Shown here one piece after another: positions 1 to 11,394 of a DNA stretch of 64,000 nucleotides. The notes below the pieces were generated by a model. The model had not been told where the DNA came from. It made no database searches and saw nothing but the letters and a program-made list of their open reading frames with translations. Position 1 is the first letter of the stretch, and every line of letters starts with the position of its first letter. Location: the NCBI RefSeq assembly GCF_018977255.1, contig NW_024704742.1, positions 8,000,001 to 8,064,000 of the forward strand, given 5' to 3'. The DNA comes from Callorhinchus milii (lineage: Eukaryota). The translations under genes were made by a program, and so were the position numbers.

Positions 1-819
1 ATGTCCAAGACAATTGTTCGTCTTGGCAGAGCAGTGCCTATCCTCTTCTCAATATGCCTGTTGAACGGTTGAGATTTGGAACTCACCATGTGGGGAGGTG
101 CGAGCTCGCATTCAGTCATTGCATCCAATAGAGCACAGGAGTTCAGACATCAAACTGACCTTTGCTTGAGTTAAGCATGAAACACTTAACAGTGGTGGAG
201 CCTGACACAGATTATCTGACCAAGTAGAGACGATTGATGGAAGAATTGATGTTATTGTGGATCCTTTTAAGAAAACTAAAAAAAAAATTCCAGTGCAATC
301 AACCTTGGATAACTGATTGAGAACGTCCTCCAAATGATAATTTCATCTTATTTTACAAAGGAACAGTATGTACAGCAATGTCACTGCGCTTGATCACATC
401 TCAGCACTTAAGGCATCAAAGCATGTGGTAAGGAGTCTCATGAGGAGCTTTCTAAAATGCTTTGAGGTACATTTCATGGAAGATTTACAGCACAGAAGGA
501 GGTCATTTGTGGGTATGCCTGAAGATTTAAACAAATACCACACTAGCTCTAAATTGCTTACGACCATCTCTTGCGTCCTGCGAGAAAAAGTTGAATTTCT
601 TCTGCTAGATTTTACAAAGTGAACAGTAACAAAATAGCTTGAACATGTCTGGTATTAAAAGAATGGATAGTGTAGATCTGAATGCCAACACCTGTTTGTA
701 CATGATGTATATACAGTCAGTGTGACAATTGTATGGATGTCTCAACAGAGAAGCTTGTGTTTTAGAAAAGAACAGGCTGTCATTGCCAATATAAAAATTG
801 GCAGGAGAGACTTGCAGGA

Positions 820-1054
820 AGAAATTCCACCTGGGTCTGGATTTACACTATTTATGTAGCATTTCAGAACGTCCAGGATTTCACAAATTGTTGAATTCAG
901 TCTTAACTTTGAAGTTGGTTTTCTGTAGTTCTGAAAGGAAAGTTACAGAAAACCAACTTCAAAATCAAGGCCTGTATTTAAGAATTTGCCAAATTCCGGA
1001 CACGCTCTAAAATACTATGTAAATAGAGTAAATCTTGACCCAATTGAAATTTCT
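820..1054. mobile_element. Palindromic MITE-like non-autonomous DNA element, copy 1
   Basis: Imperfect ~230-bp fold-back with a perfect inner inverted repeat TTTGAAGTTGGTTTTCTGTA (908-927) / TACAGAAAACCAACTTCAAA (944-963). The outer arms GAAATTCCACCTGGGTC... / ...GACCCAATTGAAATTTC also pair. A homologous copy lies at 45176-45409. Confidence 0.7.
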
Positions 1055-1542
1055 CATCTCAAATGTATTTGGCTGGCATCCAAATGGACTTCCATCATGA
1101 CAGCATGTATTTCGTGTATAAAAAGCCTATGCCTCCTGTTCTTAGGTGTGATTGAAATGTTCCAGTGTTAAATTTTACACAGTACAAAAAAATGTACACA
1201 AAATAGCAGTTACCTTTGTCACACAGCTCCAAATAGGTACTAACTTCTTGGGCTAAATCTAATCTAAAAAAGCTTACTTTATTAATACTACTATGGCTAT
1301 TTCTCCCCCATAGTGTCCTCACTGTTACATCCCAAGCCACAAATATACATTCTTACACACTCTTACTGTTCAACCTCATTGTGTTCAAATCAAAACTCGG
1401 ATAAGTTTCTCCTCCTAAGTCTTAACATTATCCCGCAGGTCTGCAAAGCTGCAGAATTTCTTGTCTACCTCAGTCTTCCTTTGCATCCATCTAAAAATGC
1501 ATCTATGCGCCTTTAAAACCAAATCATTGTATCTGCTATGAA

Positions 1543-1640
1543 CACAGAAGTCGCTGGGAACATGCAGCAGGTCAGGCAGCATCTATGGAGAGAGAAAAAT
1601 TAGTCAATGTTTCAGGACAATGACCTTTCGTCAGAACCTA
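1543..1640 (-). mobile_element. Penelope-like element terminal fragment with degenerate hammerhead motif
   Basis: Homologous to 34514-34612 (CAGAAGTCGCTGGGAACA..CAGCAGGTCAGGCAGCA). The minus strand reads GGTT-CTGACGA-AAGGTCATTGTCCT-GAAA-CATT-GACT. Confidence 0.75.
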
Positions 1641-2350
1641 GCGGCATAGTGTTTGCAAAAGATTTCTTGGGAGAGAGTCTGCATTTGACAGATACAGGGA
1701 AATTTCCATGATGAGGTGGCATATACATGTGGCGCTCTCAGGCTGTTTTGGATACTCTTAAGCACAGTGATTGGATTCCACATGTGTCAGACACCTGCTG
1801 ACTAAAATAAAATATATCCTGAGCATGCCAATGTTTTAGTCCTTCACTCTCTCTCTTAGCTGATCAGATGACACTATAAACTGCAGGTGTAAAGATTCAG
1901 TATGCTGAAGCATGAAGCCCAAAATTGTATTTAGAGTTCCCTTGTAGCTGTTTCCATAATATATTAGACAGCAATGGCTTCAAGCCTGATACATTTTTGG
2001 AGGAGGGGATAATAAACTGGTGTCTGATGGTGGACAATTTCTTTGATGTTGCAGTTTTATGTAATAAAATTAGATAAAAGTAATTCTGATATCTCCTGAC
2101 ATGAAAGGCGCTATACAAATGTAATTTGTTGTTTTTGTTGATATGCTACCAGTAAAAGGGAGCATTACTGGCTTTGTTTAGACAGAGACTTACAGAACAC
2201 TGTACATTCACTGTATTATAGAATGATATAAATCTGCCCTATTATTTATAGTTGCTCATTTGAAATATTACTCCTATCAATTTCTGATGAAAACCACTTC
2301 TGCAGGGCTACAGTGAGGTATATCAGATAAGCTATCCACATGTGGGTTTA

Positions 2351-2951
2351 CAACAACGACAAAATTACATTTGTAAAGCATCTTTCAAGTTGGGAGGACA
2401 TCCCAAGGTGCTGAACAGTCGGGGATCAGAACCCGAGCGTGGGGAGACAGGGTTGGGGTGCGGGAGGGCAGAGGGGGTAGGAGGGCGGCTGAAGGCACGG
2501 TCGAAAAGGAGGGTCTTGAGTCGTGGCCTTGAAGGAAGCAAGAGAGGAAGCGAGGCGAAGGGCTTGTGGGATGGAGTTCCAAAGAGTGGGGGCAGAGAGG
2601 CTGAAAGCCCGGTCACCGATGGTAGGGCAGGTCGGGTGAGAGACGTGGAGCAGGCCAGAGTCTGCTGAGCGGAGGGAGCGAACAGGTTGATAGGGAGTCA
2701 GCAGGTCAGAGATGTAGGAGGGGGCAAGGCCGTGAAGGGCCTTGAAGGTGAGGATGAGGATTTTGAAATCTATCCTCTGAGGGATGGGGAGCCAGTGAGC
2801 CGGGCGAGGGTGGGGGTGATGGGGTCACAGAGCCTGGTGCGGGACAGGACACGAGCTGCAGAGTTGTGGATGATCTGCGGCTAGCGCAGGGAAGAATTGG
2901 GGAGGCCAACAAGGAGGAAGTTTCCGTAGTTGAGCCTTGAGGTGTCGAATG
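2351..2951 (-). mobile_element. L2-clade LINE 3' fragment
   Basis: (CAA)n tail plus 3' stem-loop GGGAGGACATCCCAAGGTGCTG. Minus-strand peptide LKTLLFDRAF is typical of the L2 ORF2 C-terminus. Confidence 0.85.
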
Positions 2952-3849
2952 CGTCCATTAATATTAAAAGAAAGGAAGTATGCACCATAGCCTTGAGCCA
3001 AACTATGGCACCACTTGCCCTAATATTAATGGGGTCAAGCCTTTGATTAATTATCAGTCCCAACTCCGTAATAAGTCAATTGCTCCAGCGTCTCATTTAT
3101 CAGAGGAATAACTGCTGTTTTTTTTTAAATAAAGCTGCTATCCATCAAGTAGAAACTGTTGTAGCATCTAGCTCGCACGCATTAGCAATTGGGATTTGTC
3201 AGATACGCACAGATAACTGCTTTCGTGTGCATCAGCTCTAATAATCTTCAACACTACAGCTCTTGGGTTTATGCTTAGCACAGTGTTTAAGGAGAATGGT
3301 TCGGCCAATTTGTCTCTGCTGGTAAAAGGCTGCTCTCTATTGATGTACTGCAAACAGGAGCAAAGTACATAATAATAGAAAAAGCAAGATACCCAAAAGG
3401 GATCGATGGAGTAGAAAAAATGCTTTTCACTAAATCAGCCGATTAACTAGCAAATGTCACCGTAGGTGGCTTCTGAGAGCCTGACTAAACACTTTTGATC
3501 AATTGCTTTGGTAGTCCTGTGATACATTACCTGAATCTTTCAATGTGATGGCAAAAAAAAAGGTGTTTTCTTTTGTTTAAACGTACGGTTTTTATTTACG
3601 ATTGCTTTAAAATTACACCGTGAATCCCGAGCAGCGGAGGCGAATAGAGGTGACAGAGAAATATAGGGTATCATTTCAAGCTTTTTTTAAGTTAATACCA
3701 CAATCGTGAAACAGCAGTAACTTCTTTTATTTTTATAGCTCCTTTTCACTTCGAAAGGGGTTACTGATGAGTGTAGTGACTATTTTATGGGCGTTATTTG
3801 CCCCAGCAAAGTGCCACAAATTGCTGTGACATCAAAGACCAATTTTATC

Positions 3850-4072
3850 TGGAGGAGCGTTGGTCCAAGTCATTGGGAGAAACCCCCTTCCATTTTCAAA
3901 AAGTGTTGTGGGATCTTTGACATCCACCTGACCAAACCAACGGTTTAATGTCTCATCTAAAAGTTGACAATGCGGAGCTCCCGAGGTACTGCACTGGAGT
4001 GTCAGTCTAGAAATGGGGATTGAACCCATCACCTTCTGATCCAGAGGGCAAGACAGCTACCAACTGAATGAA
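3850..4072 (-). mobile_element. Old Deu-domain SINE, partial
   Basis: GGGATCTTTGACATCCACCTG...GGTTTAATGTCTCATC...ACTGCACTGGAGTGTCAGTCTAG...TTGAACCCATCACCTTCTGA is the reverse complement of the family seen at 48278-48684. Confidence 0.75.
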
Positions 4073-4079
4073 ATTGTCA

Positions 4080-4192
4080 AAATATACAGTCCATTAATTT
4101 TACAGTATGTTCTGTGAAGCCCTTTGAGACGTCTAGAAGCCGTGATAAAATGTTTTATCAAATGCAAGGATTATTATTATTATTATTATTAT
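4080..4192 (+). mobile_element. Young SINE 3' tail fragment
   Basis: TTTACAGTATGTTCTGTGAAG..TTTGAGACGTC...ATCAAATGCAAGG(ATT)n. Confidence 0.85.
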
Positions 4193-4513
4193 ATTGTCAC
4201 ACTTCTTGAGATTGAAAAACCAAATGAAAGACCCAACGGGTAGTATGGGGCATTGCCAAGGTTAAAAAGAGTGGGCGAGAAAACAGGATGAATCAAGAAG
4301 TAGTCGTGAGGTGACATTAAGCTTGGGTTTCGGAAGACTGTCGAAGGACAGACTGAGAGAGGGAGGGAATATGACATTCCTCCCTCCGGTCCTGCAAAGG
4401 AATGCGTAAGAATCCATGCATTTTGGCTTGATTGAAACACAGTCACGATTTAAGGAGAACAAAACAAAAATCACAGGGTCCAAAATGATGTCAGGACGTC
4501 AGTGAAGTTAATA

Positions 4514-4620
4514 TAATAATAATAATAATCCTTGCATTTGATACAGCGCCTTATCACATCTTCGAGACGTCTCAAAGGCGCTTCACAGAATATACTGTAA
4601 AGTGAATTGACTGTATCTTT
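4514..4620 (-). mobile_element. Young SINE 3' tail fragment
   Basis: (AAT)nCCTTGCATTTGATACAGCGCC...GTAAAGTGAATTGACTG. Confidence 0.85.
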
Positions 4621-5074
4621 AATGTCGGAATTTAAGAGTTAAGCAGCGCGCCTCTTTGGAAATTCCAGATGCCTTTTCCTGGCCTTCAAAAAATGTAGTA
4701 ACGCTGTTAAAACATAAATTAGACTTTGTTAACTGCTTATTTGTGGTCCAACATCTTTACTCTTCGAATTTTGTCCCTTTTGTCTGTATTAGCACCGGTG
4801 TGTTTTTTACAGCTGTTACATTTGGCCTCTCCATACAATTCCAGAAAACAGCACCTCCTCAGCTACTTGTTTATCTATCTGTTATTTGTTCTTTGGTTGC
4901 TTATGCATCTGTTAGATGTAATCTCTGGCTGACCAATTATTCCTTGATAAAACAGCAAGACCATAAATATCTGAGTTTAATAAGCAATGATGCCAAAGTG
5001 GTGATGCCTTCCAGTTACTTTATTCCTTATAAGATTCCTTTCCCAGTAGAAATCACTGCATAAAGTATTCAGGG

Positions 5075-5603
5075 CTACCATTGTTTGTAATCTGCACATC
5101 ATCCAGAACTCTGCAGCTTGTCTCCTCTCACGCGCCAGGCTCCATGATCCTATCAACCCCACCCTCGCTCGTCCCCACTGGCTCCTCATCCCCCAGAGGA
5201 TAGAGTTCAAAATCCTCATCCTCACCTTCAAAACCCTCCGCGGCCTTGCTCCTTCCTACCTCTGTGACCTTCTAATGCTATAGCAACATGTCCGCTCCCT
5301 CCGCTCAGCAGGCCCTGGCCTGCTCCATGTCCCGCTCCCAGGCTGGCAGTCAGGCCTTCAAACTCTCTACCCACACCCTTTGGAACTCTATCCCACAGTC
5401 CCTTGACCTCACTCCCTTCCTTGCCTCCTTCAAGACACTTCTTAAGACCTTCCTCTTCGACCACGCCTTCGGACACCCTCCTACTCCTACCTTCCCCACC
5501 TCCTGATTCCAACCCCCTGTTTGGGTCCAAACCCTGACTGTCCAGCACCTTGGGACATCCTCCCAACGTGAAAGGTGCTATACGAATGTAATGTATTGTT
5601 GTT
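5075..5603 (+). mobile_element. L2-clade LINE 3' fragment
   Basis: Encodes IIQNSAA..., HWL.IPQRIEFKILIL, LWNSIPQSL and FKTLLKTFLFDHAF; ends in the L2 stem-loop and (TTG)n. Confidence 0.85.
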
Positions 5604-6024
5604 TTAGTAATCTTCCAGTATCTCACATCGAAGGCATGAAGCACACAGGCAATCTGCGGGAACTCTTATAGTCACAGTTAGTGCTAAAACTGACCACAAG
5701 CAATCAAATTTGCCAATACAATTGAAATACTGTGCATCATAAGTAATAACAAACACTCAGGAATGTTGTAATCTGTTCTGGGGGTTCAGACAGCAATTAT
5801 AATGCAATTAAGTTTTATTTTAATGTATGATGGCGTCTGAATGTCTTGATTATATTATTGCCTTGTGTTCACGCACAGTATCCATTTGTCCCAATTTAAT
5901 TACCTGGTAATTACTTATTCGTTATGTTCATTAATTTAAATTCACATAAGTCCTTATATAAATATTGCTAACACAATCCGAGATAGTCAGTTGTTTTGTG
6001 TGATAAATGGAAGTGAGGTACCAC

Positions 6025-7183
6025 AATTAACAATGGCAAACCTTTAAAGATATAGCACATAATTCCCAGCGATCACATATTCCCTTCAGGAATAAAAATA
6101 CCACAGGAAAAGTGGTTCAACCATCCGCTAACTGGAGTAGTTAGGGAAACTATAAAATTAAAAGAGACCTATAGCTCTGCCAAAAAGAGCAGTAAACCCA
6201 AGGATTGGGAGGGCTTCAGAGACCAAGAAAGAAAGACTTAGAAACTGATTAGGAGGGAGAAAATGGATTATGAGGGCAAATTAGCCAGGAACATAAAGAC
6301 AGACTGCAAGAGCTTTTACAAATACATAAAGAGGAAGAGACTAGCAAACGTGAATGTGGGTCCATTACAGGCAGAGACAGGAGGAATTATAATGGGGGAT
6401 AAAGATACGGCAGAGTCATTAAACTGATACTTTACTTCTGTCTTCACGTTAGAAGACAGTAAAAACTTACCAAAAATAGAGGGGAAGCAAGAAGCTAATG
6501 TTAGTGAGCAACGTAGGGAAATTAACATTAGTAAAGAATTAGTACGAGGGAAACTGTTGGGATTGAAAAATGACAAATACCTTGGACCTTATGGTCTGCA
6601 TCCAAGGGTTTTAAAAGAGGTGGGGGCTGAGATAGTGGATGCCTTGTTTTTGTTCTTCCAAATTCTCTGGATTCTGGAACGGTTCCCATTGATTGGAAGA
6701 TCGCAAACGTAACATCACCATTTAAGAAGAGTGGAAGAGAGAAGATGGTGAACTATAGACCAGTCAATCTGACATCGGTGATAGGGAAAATTCTAGAATC
6801 CTTAATTAGGGATGTCGTAGTGGGATACTTGGACGATCATAACATGATTAGGCAGTCAACATGGCTTTACAAAAGGGAAGTCTTGCTTAACAAATCTTTT
6901 AGAGCTCTATGAGGATGTAACTAGCAGGTTAGATAGCGGGGAATCAGTAGATGTAGTATATTTAGATTTTCAAAAGGCATTTGACAAGGTGCCATATAAA
7001 AGGCTGCTACACAAGATTAGGGCCCATGGAATTAAAGGCAATATATTAGCACGGATCAAAGAGTGGCTAACGGGAAGAAAACAGAGAGTAGGGATAAACG
7101 GATCCTTTTCAGATTGGCAAGATGTGACTAGTAGAGTGCCACAAGGATCAATGCCTGGGCCCCAACTATTTACAATCTATATC

Positions 7184-7216
<33 letters not shown>

Positions 7217-8490
7217 CCTTGCATTTGATATAGCGCTTTTCACGTCTTCTAGATGTCTCAAAGCACTTCACAGAATCTGCTGTAAAGTGAATTGACTGTA
7301 TATTTGTGGGCAAAACGCAGCAGCCAATTGCGCACAGCAGCGTCCCACAAACAGTCGTGGATTGAAAATGACCAATTTATTTTTGTTTTTGTTTTTGGAG
7401 TGATTATTGTTAGGAGTGTGGAGTAAGGAAACTTGCCCAAGGTTTCGCCCTGATCTGCCGGGAATCAAACCCAGGTCTCTCCCTTGCGAGGTGAGTGCTC
7501 TAACCACTGAGCTACAGGACTCCAATGATCTGGATGAGGAAATAGAACTTAACATATCTAAATTTGCGGATGATACTAAGTTAGGTGGGAGAGTAAGCTC
7601 TGAGGATGACACAAAAAGATTGCAAAGGGATATAGATAGGCTCGGTGAGTGGGCAAGAAGGTGGCAGATGGAATATAATGTGGGGAATTGTGAAGTTATT
7701 CACATAGGTAGTAAAAACAGAAAAACAGATTGTTTTCTCGAAGGGGAGAGACTAAATAGTGTTGGTGTTCAGAGGGATTTGGATGTCCTTGTATACCAGT
7801 CACAAAAAGTTAGTATGCAGGTACAACAAGCAACTAGGAAGGCTAATGGCAAGTTGGCAGTTATTGCAAAAGGGTTAGAGTACAAGCGTAGGGAAGTCTT
7901 GCTGCAGTTGTATAAGGCTTTGGTGAGACCACATCTAGAATATTGTGTGAAGTTTTGGTCTCCTTATTTAAGAAAGGATATACTCGCCTTAAAGGGGGTG
8001 CAGTGTAGATTCATGAGGTTAGTTCCTGGGATGAGAGGGTTGACCTATGAGAATAGGTTGAGTAAACTAGTCCTATATTCTCTAGAACATAGAAAAATTA
8101 GGGGTGATCTTATGGAAACATCTAAGATTCTTTTGGGGCTTGACAGAGTAGACAGTGTGAGACTGTTTCCCCTGGTAGGAGAATCTATAACTAGGGGTCA
8201 CAGTCTTAAGATTAAGGGTCAGCCTTTTCAAACAGAGTTGAGGAAAAACTTCTTCACTCAGTAGGTAGTGAATTTATGGCATTCTCTACCCCAGAACGCT
8301 GTGGATGCTCAGTCCTTGAACATATACAAGACTGAGATTGATAGACTTCGAAAGGATAGAGGGATTACGGGATGTGGGGATAAGGCGGGCAGATGGAGTT
8401 AGGTTAGAAGATCAGCCATGATCTTATTGAATGGGGAAACAGGCTTGAGGGGCCAAATAGCCTACTCCTGCTCCTAATTCCTATGTTCCT
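6025..8490 (+). mobile_element. CR1-clade LINE, 5'-truncated and disrupted, with reverse-transcriptase region
   Basis: Fragmented ORF2 with NYRPVNLTS, YLDFQKAFDKVP, VPQGS..GPQLFTIYIN, ISKFADDTKLGG, LVRPHLEYCV.FWSP and RGHSLKI. It has frameshifts and stops, and the CR1 3' end CCTACTCCTGCTCCTAATTCCTATGTTCCT. A SINE interrupts it at 7184-7523. Confidence 0.95.
7184..7523 (-). mobile_element. Young tRNA-derived SINE, full-length short variant, inserted in the CR1 RT region
   Basis: Head GGAGTCCTGTAGCTCAGTGGTTAGAGCAC (A box) ...GGTTTGATTCC (B box), body and (ATT)n tail. It splits CR1 FTIYIN|DLDEE with a CAAT duplication. Confidence 0.95.
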
Positions 8491-8711
8491 AAAGCAGAAC
8501 TCACAGATAAGTCTTCTTAGAGGGAATAACTCATTGGACTCCACACTCGGTGTTTGTTGTGCCAGCAACTTTCATTCAGTAATGTGAAAAACCTGAGCTC
8601 AAGCAAAGTCTAATATGTCCCATGTTCCCCATCTTCCAGCCTCTCTCATCTATGCCACTCATTATATCATTCCACTCTCCAAAGGAAATTCCTGGCTCAA
8701 TTGATAGCATT

Positions 8712-8975
8712 TTCATCCACAAAAATATACAGTCAATTCACTTTACAGTATATTCTGTGAAGCGCTTTGTGACGTCTCGAAGATGTGATAAGGCGCTGTA
8801 TCAAATGCAAGGATTATTATTATTATTATTATTATTACCTCTGAGTCAGAAAGTGGCCTACTACAAGCCCTATGTCAGGACTTTAAATTCACAGTCTAGG
8901 CTGACACTGCTGGAGCATTGCTGCATTGTTGGTTTAACATCCTTCAGATGAGATGTTAAACCGAGACACGTTGGT
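8712..8975 (+). mobile_element. Young SINE tail abutting an old Deu-SINE 5' part
   Basis: The tail and (ATT)n run to 8838, then CCTCTGAGTCAGAAAG...TCTAGGCTGACACTG...GATGAGATGTTAAACCGAG. Confidence 0.8.
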
Positions 8976-10079
8976 TGATCCATCCTCAAGCCAAATACAA
9001 ATATAAGAATTACATTTGTATTGCACGTTTCACATTGAGAGGATGTCCCAGGGCAATTGTGACTCCTCTAATGTTGTCAAAATTAAGATCGGTTAACTCA
9101 TCATAGACCAAGGACCTTCCCGGCCTTAGGTCATGTTCACGGGTCAGTGTTGTTCGCAGCTCATTCATAAGAAGAGTTTTGGGATGAAATACAACACTCT
9201 TGCTAATCTCGAACCCCCTGCCCCGCTAAAGAGAATAACCCATTTTTAGCCAAATGTAAAATCAAAAGTAGATACAAATATTTTGGGGGAGTTTATCTGT
9301 GCATAATACAGCACCGTTTTTGACTTGTCTGCCAATATCATTTAACTTGAGCGCGCCAGAGAGATGAAATTGCTGAACGCTGAGTTAATACAGTGTGACT
9401 TCTGATAAGTAAACAGGTCTGAAGCTATTTCAGATGTCTAAGTGTGTTACTCTCGATTAGCCTGTAATCTCCAGGATAAAATTGGTTCATCAAAATGTTA
9501 ATAAAAGTTAAGCACTCACACAGGTATGGATATGAATGGCACTGATGCCCTTCCATCCTGCCTGGCCAGCCTCTATCTCCTCCTAACACCCACTTGACAT
9601 TTGCCATTCGCCCACAAAAAGACCTCATGATACTCAGGCATTCAATTGCAGTCCTGCTTTGATTTCATATCTGTCGGCCTACTTATTTATTAGCAGAACA
9701 TCGGATAGGATTTATAGTAGATTTAGGTCTCCGGGATGTTGTAATGTTTTTTAATGCAATTCTTTGTGAATCAATAGCAGACGTTCAGATATGTAAAACA
9801 GTTTCTCTGCTGTGTGCTAAACAATACGCTTTCGGATTAACTCGCAGAAGAAGAAATTTGGAGGATTACCTCAGGTGATCTTTACTTGACCTCTGGGTTT
9901 CGGCTGCAAAAAAGCTTATATAGAGCTTCGCTATCACCGAACCTTTTCAGAATTCAAGTCATTTATAAAGAAGTATCACAGAATTTAACACTCATTTGAG
10001 GCTGTCTTTTCTGTCGATAATAATGGCTCAGAGCGCATTCGAAGTTTAATGACCTGAAATTTCCCAGTCCAAGGGTTAT

Positions 10080-10335
10080 CCAGGGCTCCGGCCTCAGGCT
10101 TGTCCCTCGAGTCCTCTCTTCCACCATTGGTAGCCCATACTTTCGGCCACTCTGGAACACTCTTCCTCTATCCCTCCGCCTTTCCCTTCCCTATCTTCAG
10201 GTCGCTCCTGAAGACCTTTCTCTTCAACTGTGCCTACGGTCACCTCCCCCTCCCCCCTGGCACGGTATCATGCTCCACCACTGTCAAGTGCTCTGGGATT
10301 CTACCCTGCTATATAAATGCAAGTTGTTGTTGTTG
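10080..10335 (+). mobile_element. L2-clade LINE 3' fragment (older subfamily)
   Basis: Encodes FRSLLKTFLFNCAY; ends CTATATAAATGCAAG(TTG)n. Confidence 0.8.
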
Positions 10336-10885
10336 TTTTAATGCAATTCTTTGTGAATCAACAGCAGACGTTCAGATATGTAAAACACTTTCTCTGCTGA
10401 CTGCTAAACAATCCACGGACAATAACAATACATCAACGGTCGAATTAAAGATTAAAGATTTAACACACACTAATTTTGTCGGATTTGAACCATCACTCAT
10501 GTCCACCCACATTTTATTTTCTGCTCATTGTGCTGAGCTTTATCATTTGGATTAAAGAGGGCAATATTGTTTGCATCAGGAATCAGGATTTTGCATCGAA
10601 ACTTTGTGCTTTGGCTCTTGTTGGTTAAAGGGACCAATGTTAAGTTCATTGCCGAATTCTGTGCTTAGATCAGGTTATCTGTTACATTAATGGACGATTT
10701 ATACATTTAGGAAATAACACCCTCTGAATTATTTTAAAACTTCATACAGTAATTTACATTTACATAGAACTTTTCACGTTGATAGGTCATTGGAATGCAC
10801 TTCAACTGTTGGGCGGCGGGTGGGGATGTTAGAAATGAGGTGGAAACGACGGCTAAAACCAGAGTAGAAGACAGGTCAACAAATT

Positions 10886-11025
<140 letters not shown>

Positions 11026-11084
11026 CCATGCATTTGATGTAGCACTCTTCACGTCTTCTAGATGTCTCAAAGCGCTTCACAGCT

Positions 11085-11394
11085 AACAACAACAACTTGG
11101 ATTTATATAGCGCCTTCCACGCCGGACCGCGTCTCAGAGCGCTTTATACCATAAAGTGAATTGACTGTATACTTTGTGGGCGAAACGCGACAACCAATTG
11201 CGCACAGCAGTGTCCCACAAACAGCTGTGGTTTGAAGTGACCAATTTTGTTATTATTGGTTTTTTTTCTTGAGGGATTATTATCGGGCGTGTGGAGTAAG
11301 GAAACTTGCCCAAGGTTTCGCCCTGACTGGGAATCAAACCCAGGTCTCTCGCTTGCGAGGCAAATGCTCTAACCACTGAGCTACAGGACTCCAC
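11085..11394 (-). mobile_element. Young tRNA-derived SINE with an alternative (GTT)n tail
   Basis: The head and body are standard, but the 3' end reads AAAGCGCTCTGAGACGCGGTCCGGCGTGGAAGGCGCTATATAAATCCAAG(TTG)n. Confidence 0.9.

Noticed and set aside
7407..8264. 285-aa ORF with an RT FADD motif as a functional gene
   Set aside because: It is a fragment of a dead CR1. Its N-terminus is antisense SINE sequence, it has no ATG start, and the upstream RT motifs are separated and frameshifted.
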